Source: Butyricicoccus pullicaecorum
GTDB taxonomy: Bacteria > Bacillota > Clostridia > Oscillospirales > Butyricicoccaceae
NCBI GenBank assembly: GCA_018366195.1
Contig: JAGZIN010000001.1
Coordinates: forward strand, 16,481 to 80,480
DNA: 64,000 nt
Direction of reading: 5' to 3'
This document shows, piece after piece, positions 21,619-31,190 of the stretch (position 1 is the first letter of the stretch; each line of letters opens with the position of its first letter). Under the pieces are notes generated by a model. That model was given only the letters and a program-made list of their open reading frames with translations, did no database searches and was not told where the DNA came from. The position numbers and the translations under genes are program-made.

Positions 21619-21847
21619 ATTTTTGAAGGTTTCGCGCCTCATCAAGCGCAGAACGGTTGCCAACGATGCCTGTGATGGAGAGCGAATATCGGTCAATGGC
21701 AGACAGGCAAAGGCATCTTATCAGGTAAAGGTTGGCGATGTGATTGAGATTGCATTTGGTCAGCGTACCATGAAGGTGGAGGTGCTCAATGTGGCAGAGC
21801 ATGTAAAAAAAGACGATGCAGCCGGACTGTATCGTGAAATTCTATAA
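21605..21847 (+). CDS. yabO: S4-domain RNA-binding protein (YabO/Hsp15-like)
   Basis: MRLDKFLKVSRLIKRR is an S4 fold. Confidence 0.85.
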   Translation: MRLDKFLKVSRLIKRRTVANDACDGERISVNGRQAKASYQVKVGDVIEIAFGQRTMKVEVLNVAEHVKKDDAAGLYREIL

Positions 21848-21988
21848 ATCCGCATGTCGAAGCCGCTTGGTGTGCGAAAGAAATGAGCAGATTCCCGACA
21901 GAGGAGGCAGCAGCCCTTTCTGTCGGGAATTTGTTTGCATAAGTTGGTCTGCCTGCACATAAAGTGAAAACAAAAGGAGGAATTTCGA

Positions 21989-22261
21989 ATGTCCCATGAT
22001 GAACGCGCTTTGTCGCACACGCTTACGCTGACGAGCCGGCATGCGCTGGCCGTTTCTGGTGTCACTGATGTATCGGCTTTTGACGAGAACACAATTGCAA
22101 TGGAGACCAATATGGGTACGCTTACCGTTCGGGGAGAAAATCTGCATGTGGAAAAGCTCACGCTTGACCAAGGAGAGTTGACCCTGACCGGAGAAATTCA
22201 GGCATTGGAATATGATGATATGGCGGCGCAGGGCGGATTTTTCAGCCGCCTGTTCCGATGA
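21989..22261 (+). CDS. yabP: Sporulation protein YabP
   Basis: About 90 aa with the LTLTSR...LTVRGENLHVEKL pattern typical of YabP. Confidence 0.85.
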   Translation: MSHDERALSHTLTLTSRHALAVSGVTDVSAFDENTIAMETNMGTLTVRGENLHVEKLTLDQGELTLTGEIQALEYDDMAAQGGFFSRLFR

Positions 22262-22713
22262 TTGCGCTGTATCAGCCGCTGGCTGTCACAATGCACTATT
22301 TCTTGCAGGCAGTCCTGTTGGGGCTGTGCCTTGGGGTTTTTTATGACGTGCTGTCGGGAGTCCGTATGGCGTATCCCGGGCATCGCTGGACCCGATGGGG
22401 GTTGGATAGTGTTTTTGGGGTCACGGCACTGGTTGTATATTTTATCTTTACAGTGACTTTGGCGGCAGGACAGGTGCGCGGATTTCTGATTGCAGGAATG
22501 GCAGGCGGAGCTGTATTTTGTCACTTCGCTGTTGGGGGGCTGATTTGTGCAGCGAGCTGCAAGCTGTTACAATTACTGGCATGGATTGTTGGTATGCTGC
22601 ATCGTTTCATACAAATGCTATGGCATTTCATACAGATGGGGAGCGGTTTATTTCAAAAAAACTTGAAAAAGATTTGCAAAAAGACTTCCATTTCTGGAAA
22701 AAAGACGCTATAA
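22258..22713 (+). CDS. yabQ: Spore cortex biosynthesis membrane protein YabQ
   Basis: Translationally coupled to yabP. Has the hydrophobic YabQ pattern (FLQAVLLGLCLGVFYDV). Confidence 0.8.
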   Translation: MIALYQPLAVTMHYFLQAVLLGLCLGVFYDVLSGVRMAYPGHRWTRWGLDSVFGVTALVVYFIFTVTLAAGQVRGFLIAGMAGGAVFCHFAVGGLICAASCKLLQLLAWIVGMLHRFIQMLWHFIQMGSGLFQKNLKKICKKTSISGKKTL

Positions 22714-22762
22714 TATACTACATATATCGTTATTTGTGTGCAATCATCAAGGAGGGGATACC

Positions 22763-23083
22763 GTGCCGCAAAGAAAAAGCAAACGGAAACCGCCTTCCGA
22801 AAAGCAGGTAAAAAAACGCAATCGTGTTATTTTTCGAATTATACTGATTTGCCTTGCATTTTATGGTGTCATTTCCGTGGTACAGCTTCAAAAGCAAATT
22901 GCTCAGAAGGAAGCCGAGGTCAGCCAGATGCAGACAAGAATCCAGCAGCAGACCGAAAACAATGACGCATTGAGAGAACAGGTGGAAAAAGGCCTCACAG
23001 ATGAACAAATTGCGGCGATTGCCCGCGAACAGGGCTATATCATGCCATCTGAGCGCGTTTTTGCAGATTCTTCCAGCAAATAA
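22763..23083 (+). CDS. divIC: Septum formation initiator (DivIC/FtsB family)
   Basis: Basic N-terminus, one transmembrane segment and a coiled coil. The GTG start at 22763 follows AAGGAGGGG. Confidence 0.75.
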   Translation: MPQRKSKRKPPSEKQVKKRNRVIFRIILICLAFYGVISVVQLQKQIAQKEAEVSQMQTRIQQQTENNDALREQVEKGLTDEQIAAIAREQGYIMPSERVFADSSSK

Positions 23084-23146
23084 TGGTGTAATCCCAACGC
23101 GGGATAATGCGAATTTCTCACAATACGGAGGACAAAACAAGAGGGT

Positions 23147-23614
23147 ATGGGTTTGGTCGTAGGAGCAGTTCTGGAAGGAAAAGTCACCGGCATTACCAAG
23201 TTCGGTGCGTTTGTATCTTTGCCAGAGGGAAAGTCTGGTATGGTTCACATTTCGGAAGTAGCGAATTCTTTTGTCAGCGACATTAAGGAGTTTTTGAAAG
23301 AAGGCGATACGGTCCGTGTGAAGGTAATCAATGTAGACGATGCAGGACGAATCAACCTGTCGATTAAGCGCGCACAGGAAAATAGTCAGCAGTCTGCTGT
23401 ACGCACGGGCGGTACAGAACAGCGCCGTGCACCGCGTCCGCGTACAGGACAGTTCCAAGGCGGTGGGCGCACCGCACAGAGTAAGCAGCCACGCGACCCG
23501 GCAACCATGACTTTTGAAGATAAGCTCAAAATGTTTATGGCTGACAGCGAAAGCCGTATGGCCGATATCCGTCATAATACAGACCGCAAGAGCGGTTCGC
23601 GCCGCCGTAAATAA
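23147..23614 (+). CDS. yabR: S1 RNA-binding domain protein (YabR-like)
   Basis: An S1 fold (GKVTGITKFGAFVSLPEGKSGMVHISEV) followed by a basic tail. Confidence 0.85.
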   Translation: MGLVVGAVLEGKVTGITKFGAFVSLPEGKSGMVHISEVANSFVSDIKEFLKEGDTVRVKVINVDDAGRINLSIKRAQENSQQSAVRTGGTEQRRAPRPRTGQFQGGGRTAQSKQPRDPATMTFEDKLKMFMADSESRMADIRHNTDRKSGSRRRK

Positions 23615-23650
23615 CCGCTGCGCCTCTGTTCTTCCGCGCATTTCGCCAGG

Positions 23651-23680
23651 GCGTTTGCTCTGGCGTTTTTGTATGTATAA
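23651..23680 (+). terminator. Rho-independent terminator after yabR
   Basis: CGCCAG ggcgtttgct CTGGCG followed by TTTTT. Confidence 0.6.
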
Positions 23681-23835
23681 AAAAATTGCGTCCTTGTGAA
23701 AGGACGCATAAGTTAGGATTGTGGGGATAAAGATATGAACGGTGCACGGTGATCACTCTGACCACCGTCATAATAATATCATCTTATAAAAGTTTTGTCA
23801 ACAACAAAAAATGTCGATTTTTGGAAGGTTACTAC

Positions 23836-25035
23836 ATGAAAAAAATACTCATTTATAATGCCTATCTAATGCCGATGAAGTCAGCAGATATCGCTTGCGG
23901 CTTTCTTTCCGCAGAGGACGGCAAGATTACAGGGCTGGGAGATATGACAGCTTGTCCTGCGCATGAGGAATTTGACTTCTGTGTAGACGCACAGGGAGGG
24001 TTTGTACTGCCCGGACTGATTGATGCACATACCCATTTGGGGCTTTATGAGGACAGCTTGGGTTTTGAAGGCGCCGATGGAAACGAGGATACCGATCCGA
24101 CAACACCGCATCTGCGAGTCCTTGATGCAATCAATCCAACAGAACATGCTTTTGCAGAGGCACGTGCCGCAGGCGTTACCTGCTGTGCTGTGAGTCCAGG
24201 GTCCGCGAATCCGATGGGAGGACAGATTGCAGTCATTAAAACCTATGGACATTGGATTGACCGTATGCTTGTCAAGGCACCTGCCGCAATGAAATGGGCA
24301 CTCGGAGAAAACCCAAAGACTGTATACCATGATAAAGATGAAACTCCTGTCACACGTATGGCAACAGCGGCGATTCTTCGAGAGGCTCTGAAAAAAGCAG
24401 GGGAATATGCAGCACGCTGCCAAAAAGCAGAAGAAGGCTCTGAGGAGGAAATGCCAGAGTTTGAAATGAAATATGATGCACTGCGTCCCTTGATGCAGCG
24501 GGAGATTCCTGCGCATATTCACGCCCACCGGACAGATGATATTTTTACGGGGCTGCGTATCTGTAAGGAGTTCGGACTGCGTCCGGTGATTGTACACGGA
24601 ACCAGTGCTCACAAGATTGCACAGGAGCTTTCCGAGCTTGCGGTTCCAGTTTTGAGCGGTCCGTTTTTGACCGATCGCTCCAAACCGGAACTGCATGATT
24701 TGACCGAACGTTCTCCGGGGATTTTATCTCGGGCAGGAGTGACGGTTGCGATTACAACAGACCACCCGGAAATTCCCGTAAAATATCTCATGCACTGTGC
24801 ACAGGTCGCCGCAGAGCATGGAATGGACGAGAGAGAAGCTTTGCGCGCAATCACTTGCTATCCGGCGGAAATTCTGGGGCTTGGAGACCGGATTGGAAGC
24901 CTTCAGACCGGCATGGACGCGGATTTTGTTTTATTTTCAGCGCACCCGTTTGCATTCCGTGCTCGTCCGCTGCTGACGGTATGCGACGGACAGATTGTGT
25001 TTGAGCAGGAGATGTGGAAGGAGGAGCGTACATGA
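23836..25035 (+). CDS. Amidohydrolase family protein (metal-dependent hydrolase)
   Basis: Has the HxH motif (IDAHTHLG) and an Asp near the C-terminus. The stop overlaps the next start (ATGA). Confidence 0.8.
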   Translation: MKKILIYNAYLMPMKSADIACGFLSAEDGKITGLGDMTACPAHEEFDFCVDAQGGFVLPGLIDAHTHLGLYEDSLGFEGADGNEDTDPTTPHLRVLDAINPTEHAFAEARAAGVTCCAVSPGSANPMGGQIAVIKTYGHWIDRMLVKAPAAMKWALGENPKTVYHDKDETPVTRMATAAILREALKKAGEYAARCQKAEEGSEEEMPEFEMKYDALRPLMQREIPAHIHAHRTDDIFTGLRICKEFGLRPVIVHGTSAHKIAQELSELAVPVLSGPFLTDRSKPELHDLTERSPGILSRAGVTVAITTDHPEIPVKYLMHCAQVAAEHGMDEREALRAITCYPAEILGLGDRIGSLQTGMDADFVLFSAHPFAFRARPLLTVCDGQIVFEQEMWKEERT

Positions 25036-25874
25036 GAGAAATCCGTACAGAAGAAATCACGGCGTTGGTGCGTCAATTATGTATAGAGGCAAATCATACC
25101 CTGCCAAAGGATATCCAGCAGGCGTTTGAAACGGGGAAGGAACAAGAGCAGTCCCCGCTTGGGCAGATGATTTTTGACGAGATGATTCGCAACTGTCAGC
25201 TGGCATGCACCGAGCAGGTGCCAATTTGTCAGGATACCGGGACGGCTGTCATTTTTGCAGAGATTGGTCAGGACGTGCATGTGGTAGGCGGCGCCTTTGA
25301 GGACGCCGTAAATGAAGGAGTACGGCAGGGCTATCAGGAAGGGTATTTGAGAAAATCCATTGTACGAGACCCGCTGCGCCGCGTCAATACGGAGGACAAC
25401 ACACCCGCAATCTTGCATGTCAGCTTGGTACCGGGAGAGCAGATACAAATCATTGTTGCGCCAAAGGGCGGCGGCAGTGAAAACATGAGTGCGCTGAAAA
25501 TGTTTACTCCAGCGGCATCTAAAGAACAGCTCATCGCTTATATTGCAGATACAGTCGTGCAGGCTGGTTCTAACCCCTGTCCGCCTGTGATTATCGGAGT
25601 CGGATTGGGCGGCACAGCAGATAAGGCGTGTGTGCTGGCAAAGCAGGCTCTGCTGCGCCCTGTGGACGAACAGAATACCGATTCATTTTATGCGGAGATG
25701 GAATCCGAAATCGTAGCGCGTGTGAACCGGTCGGGCGTGGGACCGCAGGGACTTGGCGGTACGGTCACTGCGTTATCCTGTGCGATTTTGCCATACCCAA
25801 CGCATATTGCGAGCTTGCCCTGTGCGATTTCTATTGGCTGCCATATCACACGTCATGCACAGGGGATTCTGTAA
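25032..25874 (+). CDS. Fe-S hydro-lyase alpha subunit (class I fumarate hydratase / tartrate dehydratase alpha type)
   Basis: Has CQDTGTAV and other FumA/TtdA N-terminal-domain motifs. No beta-subunit gene follows. Confidence 0.8.
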   Translation: MREIRTEEITALVRQLCIEANHTLPKDIQQAFETGKEQEQSPLGQMIFDEMIRNCQLACTEQVPICQDTGTAVIFAEIGQDVHVVGGAFEDAVNEGVRQGYQEGYLRKSIVRDPLRRVNTEDNTPAILHVSLVPGEQIQIIVAPKGGGSENMSALKMFTPAASKEQLIAYIADTVVQAGSNPCPPVIIGVGLGGTADKACVLAKQALLRPVDEQNTDSFYAEMESEIVARVNRSGVGPQGLGGTVTALSCAILPYPTHIASLPCAISIGCHITRHAQGIL

Positions 25875-25939
25875 CCCGATGAATGGACTGCCATTGCTTC
25901 TGGTGGGTTGATGAATTTTATATAAATTTCATAAATCAC

Positions 25940-25968
25940 TTGTAATTTCAGAGGGAAAGCAGTATAAT
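25940..25968 (+). promoter_or_regulatory. Sigma-A type promoter for hpf
   Basis: TTGTAA, 17 nt spacer, TATAAT, located 70 nt upstream of the hpf ATG. Confidence 0.6.
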
Positions 25969-26039
25969 ATGTACAAGCAATTCCACTATAATTGCATAAG
26001 ATTTTGGGGTTCCCCAAACCCCTGATAGGAGATGATGTT

Positions 26040-26561
26040 ATGAAGTTCACCATCGTCGAAAGGAAAATGAAAATTTCCGATGACCTCCGTGACTATGCGA
26101 TGAAAAAGGTCGAAAAGCTGGATCGTTACTTTAATACAGATTCAGAATCAATCCTGACTTTTTCTGAGTTGAAAGGACGCCAGACAGTTGAGCTCACTGT
26201 CAAACAAGGGGCTTTGGTGGTTCGTGCGGAGGAAACGACGACCGATATGTTTGCATCGGTGGACGGCGCGATCAATCGCATCGAGCGTCAAATCCGCAAG
26301 AATAAAACACGCCTTGAAAAGCGCCTGCGTCAGGGTGCCTTTGAAAAATCTGCGGCACATGCAGCAGAGCTGGAAGAACCCTTCGAAGTGGTTCGTCATA
26401 AGCGTTTTGAAGTTGAGGCCATGACGGTAGAGGAAGCGATTCTGCAAATGAATCTGCTCGATCACCATTTCTTCTTTTTCAAGAATGCTGACGCCGGCGA
26501 CAATTATGCGGTACTCTATAAACGTGCAAGCGGTGGTTATGGGCTGATTGAGGGCGATTGA
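26040..26561 (+). CDS. hpf: Ribosome hibernation promoting factor (long form)
   Basis: MKFTIVERKMKISDDLRDYAMKKVEKLDRYF plus the C-terminal dimerisation domain. Confidence 0.92.
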   Translation: MKFTIVERKMKISDDLRDYAMKKVEKLDRYFNTDSESILTFSELKGRQTVELTVKQGALVVRAEETTTDMFASVDGAINRIERQIRKNKTRLEKRLRQGAFEKSAAHAAELEEPFEVVRHKRFEVEAMTVEEAILQMNLLDHHFFFFKNADAGDNYAVLYKRASGGYGLIEGD

Positions 26562-26619
26562 TATTGGTTTTGTCATCTGCTTGACACTTGTGTGTCATTC
26601 CAAAACGTGATATAATAAG

Positions 26620-26655
26620 CGGGCGAGCGGAGAAATTTTCCGCCCGCCCGTTTTT
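26620..26655 (+). terminator. Rho-independent terminator after hpf
   Basis: A GC-rich interrupted stem (GCGGGCGAGCGG / CCGCCCGCCCG) followed by TTTTT. Confidence 0.75.
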
Positions 26656-26698
26656 GTATCATGAATCAGAAGTGATTATTGTAATCCCAAAAGGAGAG

Positions 26699-27547
26699 AT
26701 GCTTATGCTGGAAACTGCCGCATTGCTGCTGGCTTTGAGCGTTGGGACAAATGCCTCACCGGCTGCACCGATGGATAGCCCGACAGCTTTTGTTGATACA
26801 GTCAATGGAGTGACAGAGGGCTTAACTCCCTATGAAGCACCAGTGCCGGACGCAGAGCCGCCAAAGCCCGAGCCGAAACCGGAGCCAAAGCCCGAGCCAA
26901 AACCCGAGCCGCAGCCCAAGCCGGAAACACCGAGCAAGCCAGCGGCGCCCCCGCAGAAGCCTTGGGTCAATCCCTATGGGCAGACATTGGGTTCCTCTAC
27001 CACCTCTTTTGCACGCAGCAACCGTAACCGAAGCAATAACATTGAGCTTGCCACTAAGGCATGCAATGGTTATATTGTAAAGCCCGGTGAAACCTTTTCC
27101 TTCAATACTGTGGTGGGAAAGCGTACCAAAGAACGCGGTTATAAAGAGGCGGGTGTTTACAGCAATGGGCAGACCGACACCGGAATAGGCGGAGGCATTT
27201 GTCAGGTATCCTCTACCTTGTTCAACGCCGCCTTGGAATCCAATATGGTGATTACAGCACGCCGTGCACATAGCTTGCCGGTGAGCTATCTGCCAAGGGG
27301 ACGCGACGCAGCTGTTTCTTGGGGTGGTCCGGAATTTAAGTTTAAGAATCCACATAAATTTCCGGTCATGATTGGTACATACTATGACAAGGGCGGAAAA
27401 CTCACAATGTCCATTTTGGGTCCGGCAGATGCAAAAATGACCAAGCCCAAAATCAAGGTCACAGAAAAGGCTGGTGTCTATACCTTGACCCGTTCCGTGG
27501 GCGGGGAGGTCAATTATACCACAAGCAGTACCTATGGAAAACACTGA
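26699..27547 (+). CDS. VanW family protein with signal peptide and Pro/Glu/Lys-rich linker
   Basis: Has the VanW core (GYIVKPGETFSFNTVVGKRTKERGYKEAGVY). The ATG at 26699 follows AAGGAGAG. Confidence 0.8.
   Translation: MLMLETAALLLALSVGTNASPAAPMDSPTAFVDTVNGVTEGLTPYEAPVPDAEPPKPEPKPEPKPEPKPEPQPKPETPSKPAAPPQKPWVNPYGQTLGSSTTSFARSNRNRSNNIELATKACNGYIVKPGETFSFNTVVGKRTKERGYKEAGVYSNGQTDTGIGGGICQVSSTLFNAALESNMVITARRAHSLPVSYLPRGRDAAVSWGGPEFKFKNPHKFPVMIGTYYDKGGKLTMSILGPADAKMTKPKIKVTEKAGVYTLTRSVGGEVNYTTSSTYGKH
26856..26930 (+). repeat. Tandem 12-nt repeats encoding a (PEPK)n linker inside the VanW gene
   Basis: ccgaaaccggag / ccaaagcccgag / ccaaaacccgag / ccgcagcccaag, translating to EPKPEPKPEPKPEPQPKPE. 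Confidence 0.8.
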
Positions 27548-27573
27548 TTTTCTGTAAATCATAAAGATTTCAT

Positions 27574-27606
27574 AGCAAAAGCGCGCTGAAATAAGCGCGC
27601 TTTTGT
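27574..27606. terminator. Bidirectional rho-independent terminator
   Basis: AAAAGCGCGC tgaaataa GCGCGCTTTT, between the convergent VanW gene and a small minus-strand ORF. Confidence 0.75.
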
Positions 27607-27613
27607 ATACGAT

Positions 27614-27772
27614 TTAATCTCGGCTCTGCATGAAGTGCTCTGCACAGCGCCGCATATCCTGCTCGGTGTGAAATACAACACCAGACTGCATGATGCTTTC
27701 CTGTACATTTTTGGGCAGTGTGCGGAAGTATCGTCCAAGGTCGCTGTCGAATGCTTCATATCCGATTTGCAT
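27614..27772 (-). CDS. Hypothetical 52-aa protein
   Basis: MQIGYEAFDSDLGRYF...; RBS GAGGTGA 7 nt upstream. I recognise no family. Confidence 0.35.
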   Translation of the reverse strand: MQIGYEAFDSDLGRYFRTLPKNVQESIMQSGVVFHTEQDMRRCAEHFMQSRD

Positions 27773-27869
27773 AATGATCACCTCTGTGAGCAGTATGCCC
27801 GACTTTGGGAATGGTAATACGATATATTGATAAAAATGCTGCAATTTGAATGATTCGAAGGAGATATTT

Positions 27870-28760
27870 ATGGGACTTTGCGATATACAAGATATCAAGG
27901 CGATTTTAGGCAGACATGGATTTCATTTCTCCAAATCTTTGGGGCAGAACTTTCTGACTGAACAATGGGTTCCTGACCAGATTGCCCAGTCATGCGGGGC
28001 AGATGCAGCTTCCTGTGTATTGGAGGTGGGTCCAGGTATGGGCTGCCTGACCGTTGAGCTTGCGAAGCGCGCGGAAAAGGTGGTTTCCGTCGAAATCGAC
28101 CGCACACTGTTTCCAGTGCTTTCGGAAACCCTTGCGGATTGCTCCAATACTGAGGTTGTAGAGGGAGATGTGCTCAAGACAGATATCAAGTCTTTGTGTG
28201 AACAGAAGTTCTCCGGACGGACTGTTTATGCATGTGCCAATTTGCCCTACTATATTACAACGCCTGCAATTGCTGCCCTGTTGGACAGCGGGGCGTTTGC
28301 AGGTATTACCGTCATGGTACAGAAGGAGGTGGCAGAGCGTATCTGTGCGCCCGCCGGAACAGGAGATGCCTCTGCGTTCTCCATCTACGTTCAGTACCAT
28401 GCAAAAGCGGAATACCTGTTTGAGGTTCCCCGCGACTGCTTCATGCCACAGCCAAAGGTGGATTCTGCGGTCATTCGTCTCACACCACTGCCGGAGCCGG
28501 CGGTCGTTGTTTCCAATGAGAAATTGTTTTTTGATATTGTGCATGCTGCATTCAATCAGCGCAGAAAGACCCTTGTGAATGCGATGGGTTCTTTTTTGGG
28601 AAGCAGGCTCGATAAGGAGACGCTTACAAAGCTGGTGACAGACTGCGGATTGGACGCGAGAATACGGGGAGAGCGGTTGACACTTTCCGACTATGCAAAG
28701 CTGACTGATGCAGTCGATGGACATCTGCATCAAGACGGACTAGACACCAAGCAGCAGTAA
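27870..28760 (+). CDS. rsmA: 16S rRNA (adenine1518/1519-N6)-dimethyltransferase
   Basis: Has KSLGQNFL and the VLEVGPGMGCLT SAM-binding motif. Confidence 0.93.
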   Translation: MGLCDIQDIKAILGRHGFHFSKSLGQNFLTEQWVPDQIAQSCGADAASCVLEVGPGMGCLTVELAKRAEKVVSVEIDRTLFPVLSETLADCSNTEVVEGDVLKTDIKSLCEQKFSGRTVYACANLPYYITTPAIAALLDSGAFAGITVMVQKEVAERICAPAGTGDASAFSIYVQYHAKAEYLFEVPRDCFMPQPKVDSAVIRLTPLPEPAVVVSNEKLFFDIVHAAFNQRRKTLVNAMGSFLGSRLDKETLTKLVTDCGLDARIRGERLTLSDYAKLTDAVDGHLHQDGLDTKQQ

Positions 28761-28997
28761 TACGCCAATGATAATGAGCAAATCGGTATCCACGATACTG
28801 CCATCAGAGAGCAAAAACCAAATCACAGCAAAGGCAATGAGAGTGTTCATATCCAGTTTGAGGCTTCCGAGCTTGCTGGACAGAAGCTGAGCAAAGCCGC
28901 CGCCTTGTATGGTGGCGGCTGTTTTTTGCACTTCAGGTGTGGAAATATTCGGAGAAATCGCAGTTTGATTCATATCCTCCACATACTCATTGTACAT
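28740..28997 (-). CDS. Hypothetical small membrane protein
   Basis: 85 aa with one or two C-terminal transmembrane segments. Overlaps the rsmA 3' end convergently. Confidence 0.35.
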   Translation of the reverse strand: MYNEYVEDMNQTAISPNISTPEVQKTAATIQGGGFAQLLSSKLGSLKLDMNTLIAFAVIWFLLSDGSIVDTDLLIIIGVLLLLGV

Positions 28998-29355
28998 AGT
29001 CCCTGTCCTCCTTAGGTGTATTCATGAGAGCGGTTGCCATGCGTGCAAGCGATACCAGACGCATTCCGTGGTCGATTTGTTGTGCCGCTGTTTCGCTGAT
29101 AAAGGGTTTGATGGCGTTGAGCAGGGCGCGTTTTTGCGGATCGACAGCGTTTTGTCCGCCCTGTGCAATGCGGCTCAGGAGCGGCATTGCACGCTGCATG
29201 AGATCGGCAGAGGGATCATAGTCTGTATTCTGTGCGGTCGAGGCGGTTTCTTGACCTTGCACATTGTCGCTGCCCAGCAAAGCGCTGACTGCTCCCAACG
29301 CCTGTTCCAGTGCCTTGGGGTCGTTGAGCAGTGCAGAAATTCCGCTTGTATCCAT
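28987..29355 (-). CDS. Hypothetical Ala/Gln-rich protein
   Basis: 122 aa; appears paralogous to the next ORF. Confidence 0.35.
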   Translation of the reverse strand: MDTSGISALLNDPKALEQALGAVSALLGSDNVQGQETASTAQNTDYDPSADLMQRAMPLLSRIAQGGQNAVDPQKRALLNAIKPFISETAAQQIDHGMRLVSLARMATALMNTPKEDRDYVQ

Positions 29356-29361
29356 TGTGCC

Positions 29362-29664
29362 TTATCTCCCTTCCGAGAATGATTGCCCCAACATGGAACG
29401 CAGACGTGCAGCAAGAGCTGCGCCCTCTGGCGTGCGCAAAATTTCCTGTATCGCCTGCCGTGCAGCAGCCTGATCCCCACGCCCTGCCGCCTGTGCTGCC
29501 TGTGCAATGCGTGATTCCGTTTGCGAACTGATGCCCTGTGACAGTGATTTTCCTTCACTGCTCTGCAAAAATTGCAGCACTCCATGGAAACGGGAATCAT
29601 TTTGCAGATTCAACTGGTTTAGAATTCGTTCAAGCTCAGTCATTGTATGTTCCTCCCTGCGCAA
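29362..29664 (-). CDS. Hypothetical Ala/Gln-rich protein
   Basis: 100 aa; appears paralogous to the preceding ORF. Confidence 0.35.
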   Translation of the reverse strand: MRREEHTMTELERILNQLNLQNDSRFHGVLQFLQSSEGKSLSQGISSQTESRIAQAAQAAGRGDQAAARQAIQEILRTPEGAALAARLRSMLGQSFSEGR

Positions 29665-29777
29665 AATCTTTCAATATCAGTCTATGCAGACGCTCGCAAA
29701 AATGTGCAGAAAGACTTTACAGTTTCTTGAAAATCGTGTATAGTGTAGCGTAGATTGTGGAGACAGGAGGGAGCCGT

Positions 29778-30311
29778 ATGCGTGTGCTGGTGTGCTCGGA
29801 CTCTCATGGGCGGCTGCTCGATTTGTATGATGCAGTGGAGCGGGAGATGCCAGATGCAGTTATTCATTTAGGTGATTATTATGGAGATGCGTGTGAGCTG
29901 CGGCACAGCTATCCCGATTTGCCGGTTTATGCAGTGGCAGGGAATAATGATTGGGGCTGTGATGCTTCGTGGAGTCAGGTGATTACCTTGGAGGGCGTCC
30001 GCATTTATCTGACACATGGACATCAGGAAGGCGTATCCTTTTCTTCCTGCGGGCATCTAATGCGGCGCGCGCAGGAAAATGCCTGTCAGCTTGGTTTATT
30101 TGGACATACCCATATTGTGTATCAGGAGAGACAGGCAGGGGTGATGCTCCTCAATCCGGGCTCTATCAGTCTGCCGCGGCAGGGAGTCGCGTCCTATGCG
30201 ATGCTGTCCTTAAAGGCTGGACAAATTGCGGCAGCCGAGCTGCGCGATACAGAGGGGAACCTGTGGGATTCAGAAAAGAGAAGGAAACAAAAAAGAATAG
30301 GGTGGTTGTAA
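29778..30311 (+). CDS. YfcE/MJ0936-family metallophosphoesterase
   Basis: Has VCSDSHG, GDYYGD, GNND and GHTH motifs. Confidence 0.85.
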   Translation: MRVLVCSDSHGRLLDLYDAVEREMPDAVIHLGDYYGDACELRHSYPDLPVYAVAGNNDWGCDASWSQVITLEGVRIYLTHGHQEGVSFSSCGHLMRRAQENACQLGLFGHTHIVYQERQAGVMLLNPGSISLPRQGVASYAMLSLKAGQIAAAELRDTEGNLWDSEKRRKQKRIGWL

Positions 30312-30315
30312 CAAA

Positions 30316-31140
30316 ATGCTTTTGACCATTGATGTGGGGAATACCAATACGGTATTTGGCTTGTATGAAGGAACAGAAATGCGTGGTTCATTCCGTATTT
30401 CAACCAATGCGTCTTCGACTTCGGACGAAATCGGTATGATGATTATGCAGTACTACCATTTTCGCGGCTATGATGCCAAGGATACCGAGGCGGTTATCAT
30501 TGCCTCAGTTGTGCCGCCGGTCATGTATTCGCTGACGAATGCGATTCGCAAATACTGTGGAATCAATCCGGTGATTGTCGGAGAAGATGTTGATGTAGGC
30601 ATGGAAAATCGCTATATCAATCCCCGTGAGGTCGGCATAGACCGTTTGGTCAATGCGGTTGCTGCAACGAAGAAATATGGTGCACCGCTCATTATTGTCG
30701 ACATTGGCACAGCAATTACCTTCGACTGCATCGACAGAGAGGGCGCTTATGTCGGTGGTGCCATTTTCCCCGGCATCAAGATTGCGATGGAAGCTTTATT
30801 TATGAAGGCCTCTAAGCTGCCGCGTGTCGATATTGTGCGTACAGAAACTGCGATTGGACGCACAACCGTACATTCCATGCAATCTGGAGCAGTGCGCGGG
30901 TATGTTGGCGCACTGACTGGTATTATTTCGGATATGAAACAGGAGCTTGCAGATGAGGTGCAGGTGATTGCAACAGGCGGTATGGGACGCATGATGGCAG
31001 AGCACTGCACATTGATTGATGCGGTGGAGCCGAACTTGACACTGGAGGGCTTGCGCCAAATTTATGAACAGAATAAGCAATTTTTTGAGGATCGCAGATT
31101 TGCAGGCTGTGGTGTAGTGGAAGCAACCGAGGAAGGATAA
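30316..31140 (+). CDS. coaX: Type III pantothenate kinase (copy 1)
   Basis: Has IDVGNTNT, GIDR and DIGTAITFD motifs. Confidence 0.9.
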   Translation: MLLTIDVGNTNTVFGLYEGTEMRGSFRISTNASSTSDEIGMMIMQYYHFRGYDAKDTEAVIIASVVPPVMYSLTNAIRKYCGINPVIVGEDVDVGMENRYINPREVGIDRLVNAVAATKKYGAPLIIVDIGTAITFDCIDREGAYVGGAIFPGIKIAMEALFMKASKLPRVDIVRTETAIGRTTVHSMQSGAVRGYVGALTGIISDMKQELADEVQVIATGGMGRMMAEHCTLIDAVEPNLTLEGLRQIYEQNKQFFEDRRFAGCGVVEATEEG

Positions 31141-31150
31141 GCATAAGGCA

Positions 31151-31190
31151 GGGAAAGCATGGTGTTTTTATACTATGCTTTCTTTTTTTG
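31151..31190 (+). terminator. Rho-independent terminator after coaX
   Basis: GAAAGCAT...ATGCTTTC followed by TTTTTTT. Confidence 0.7.
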
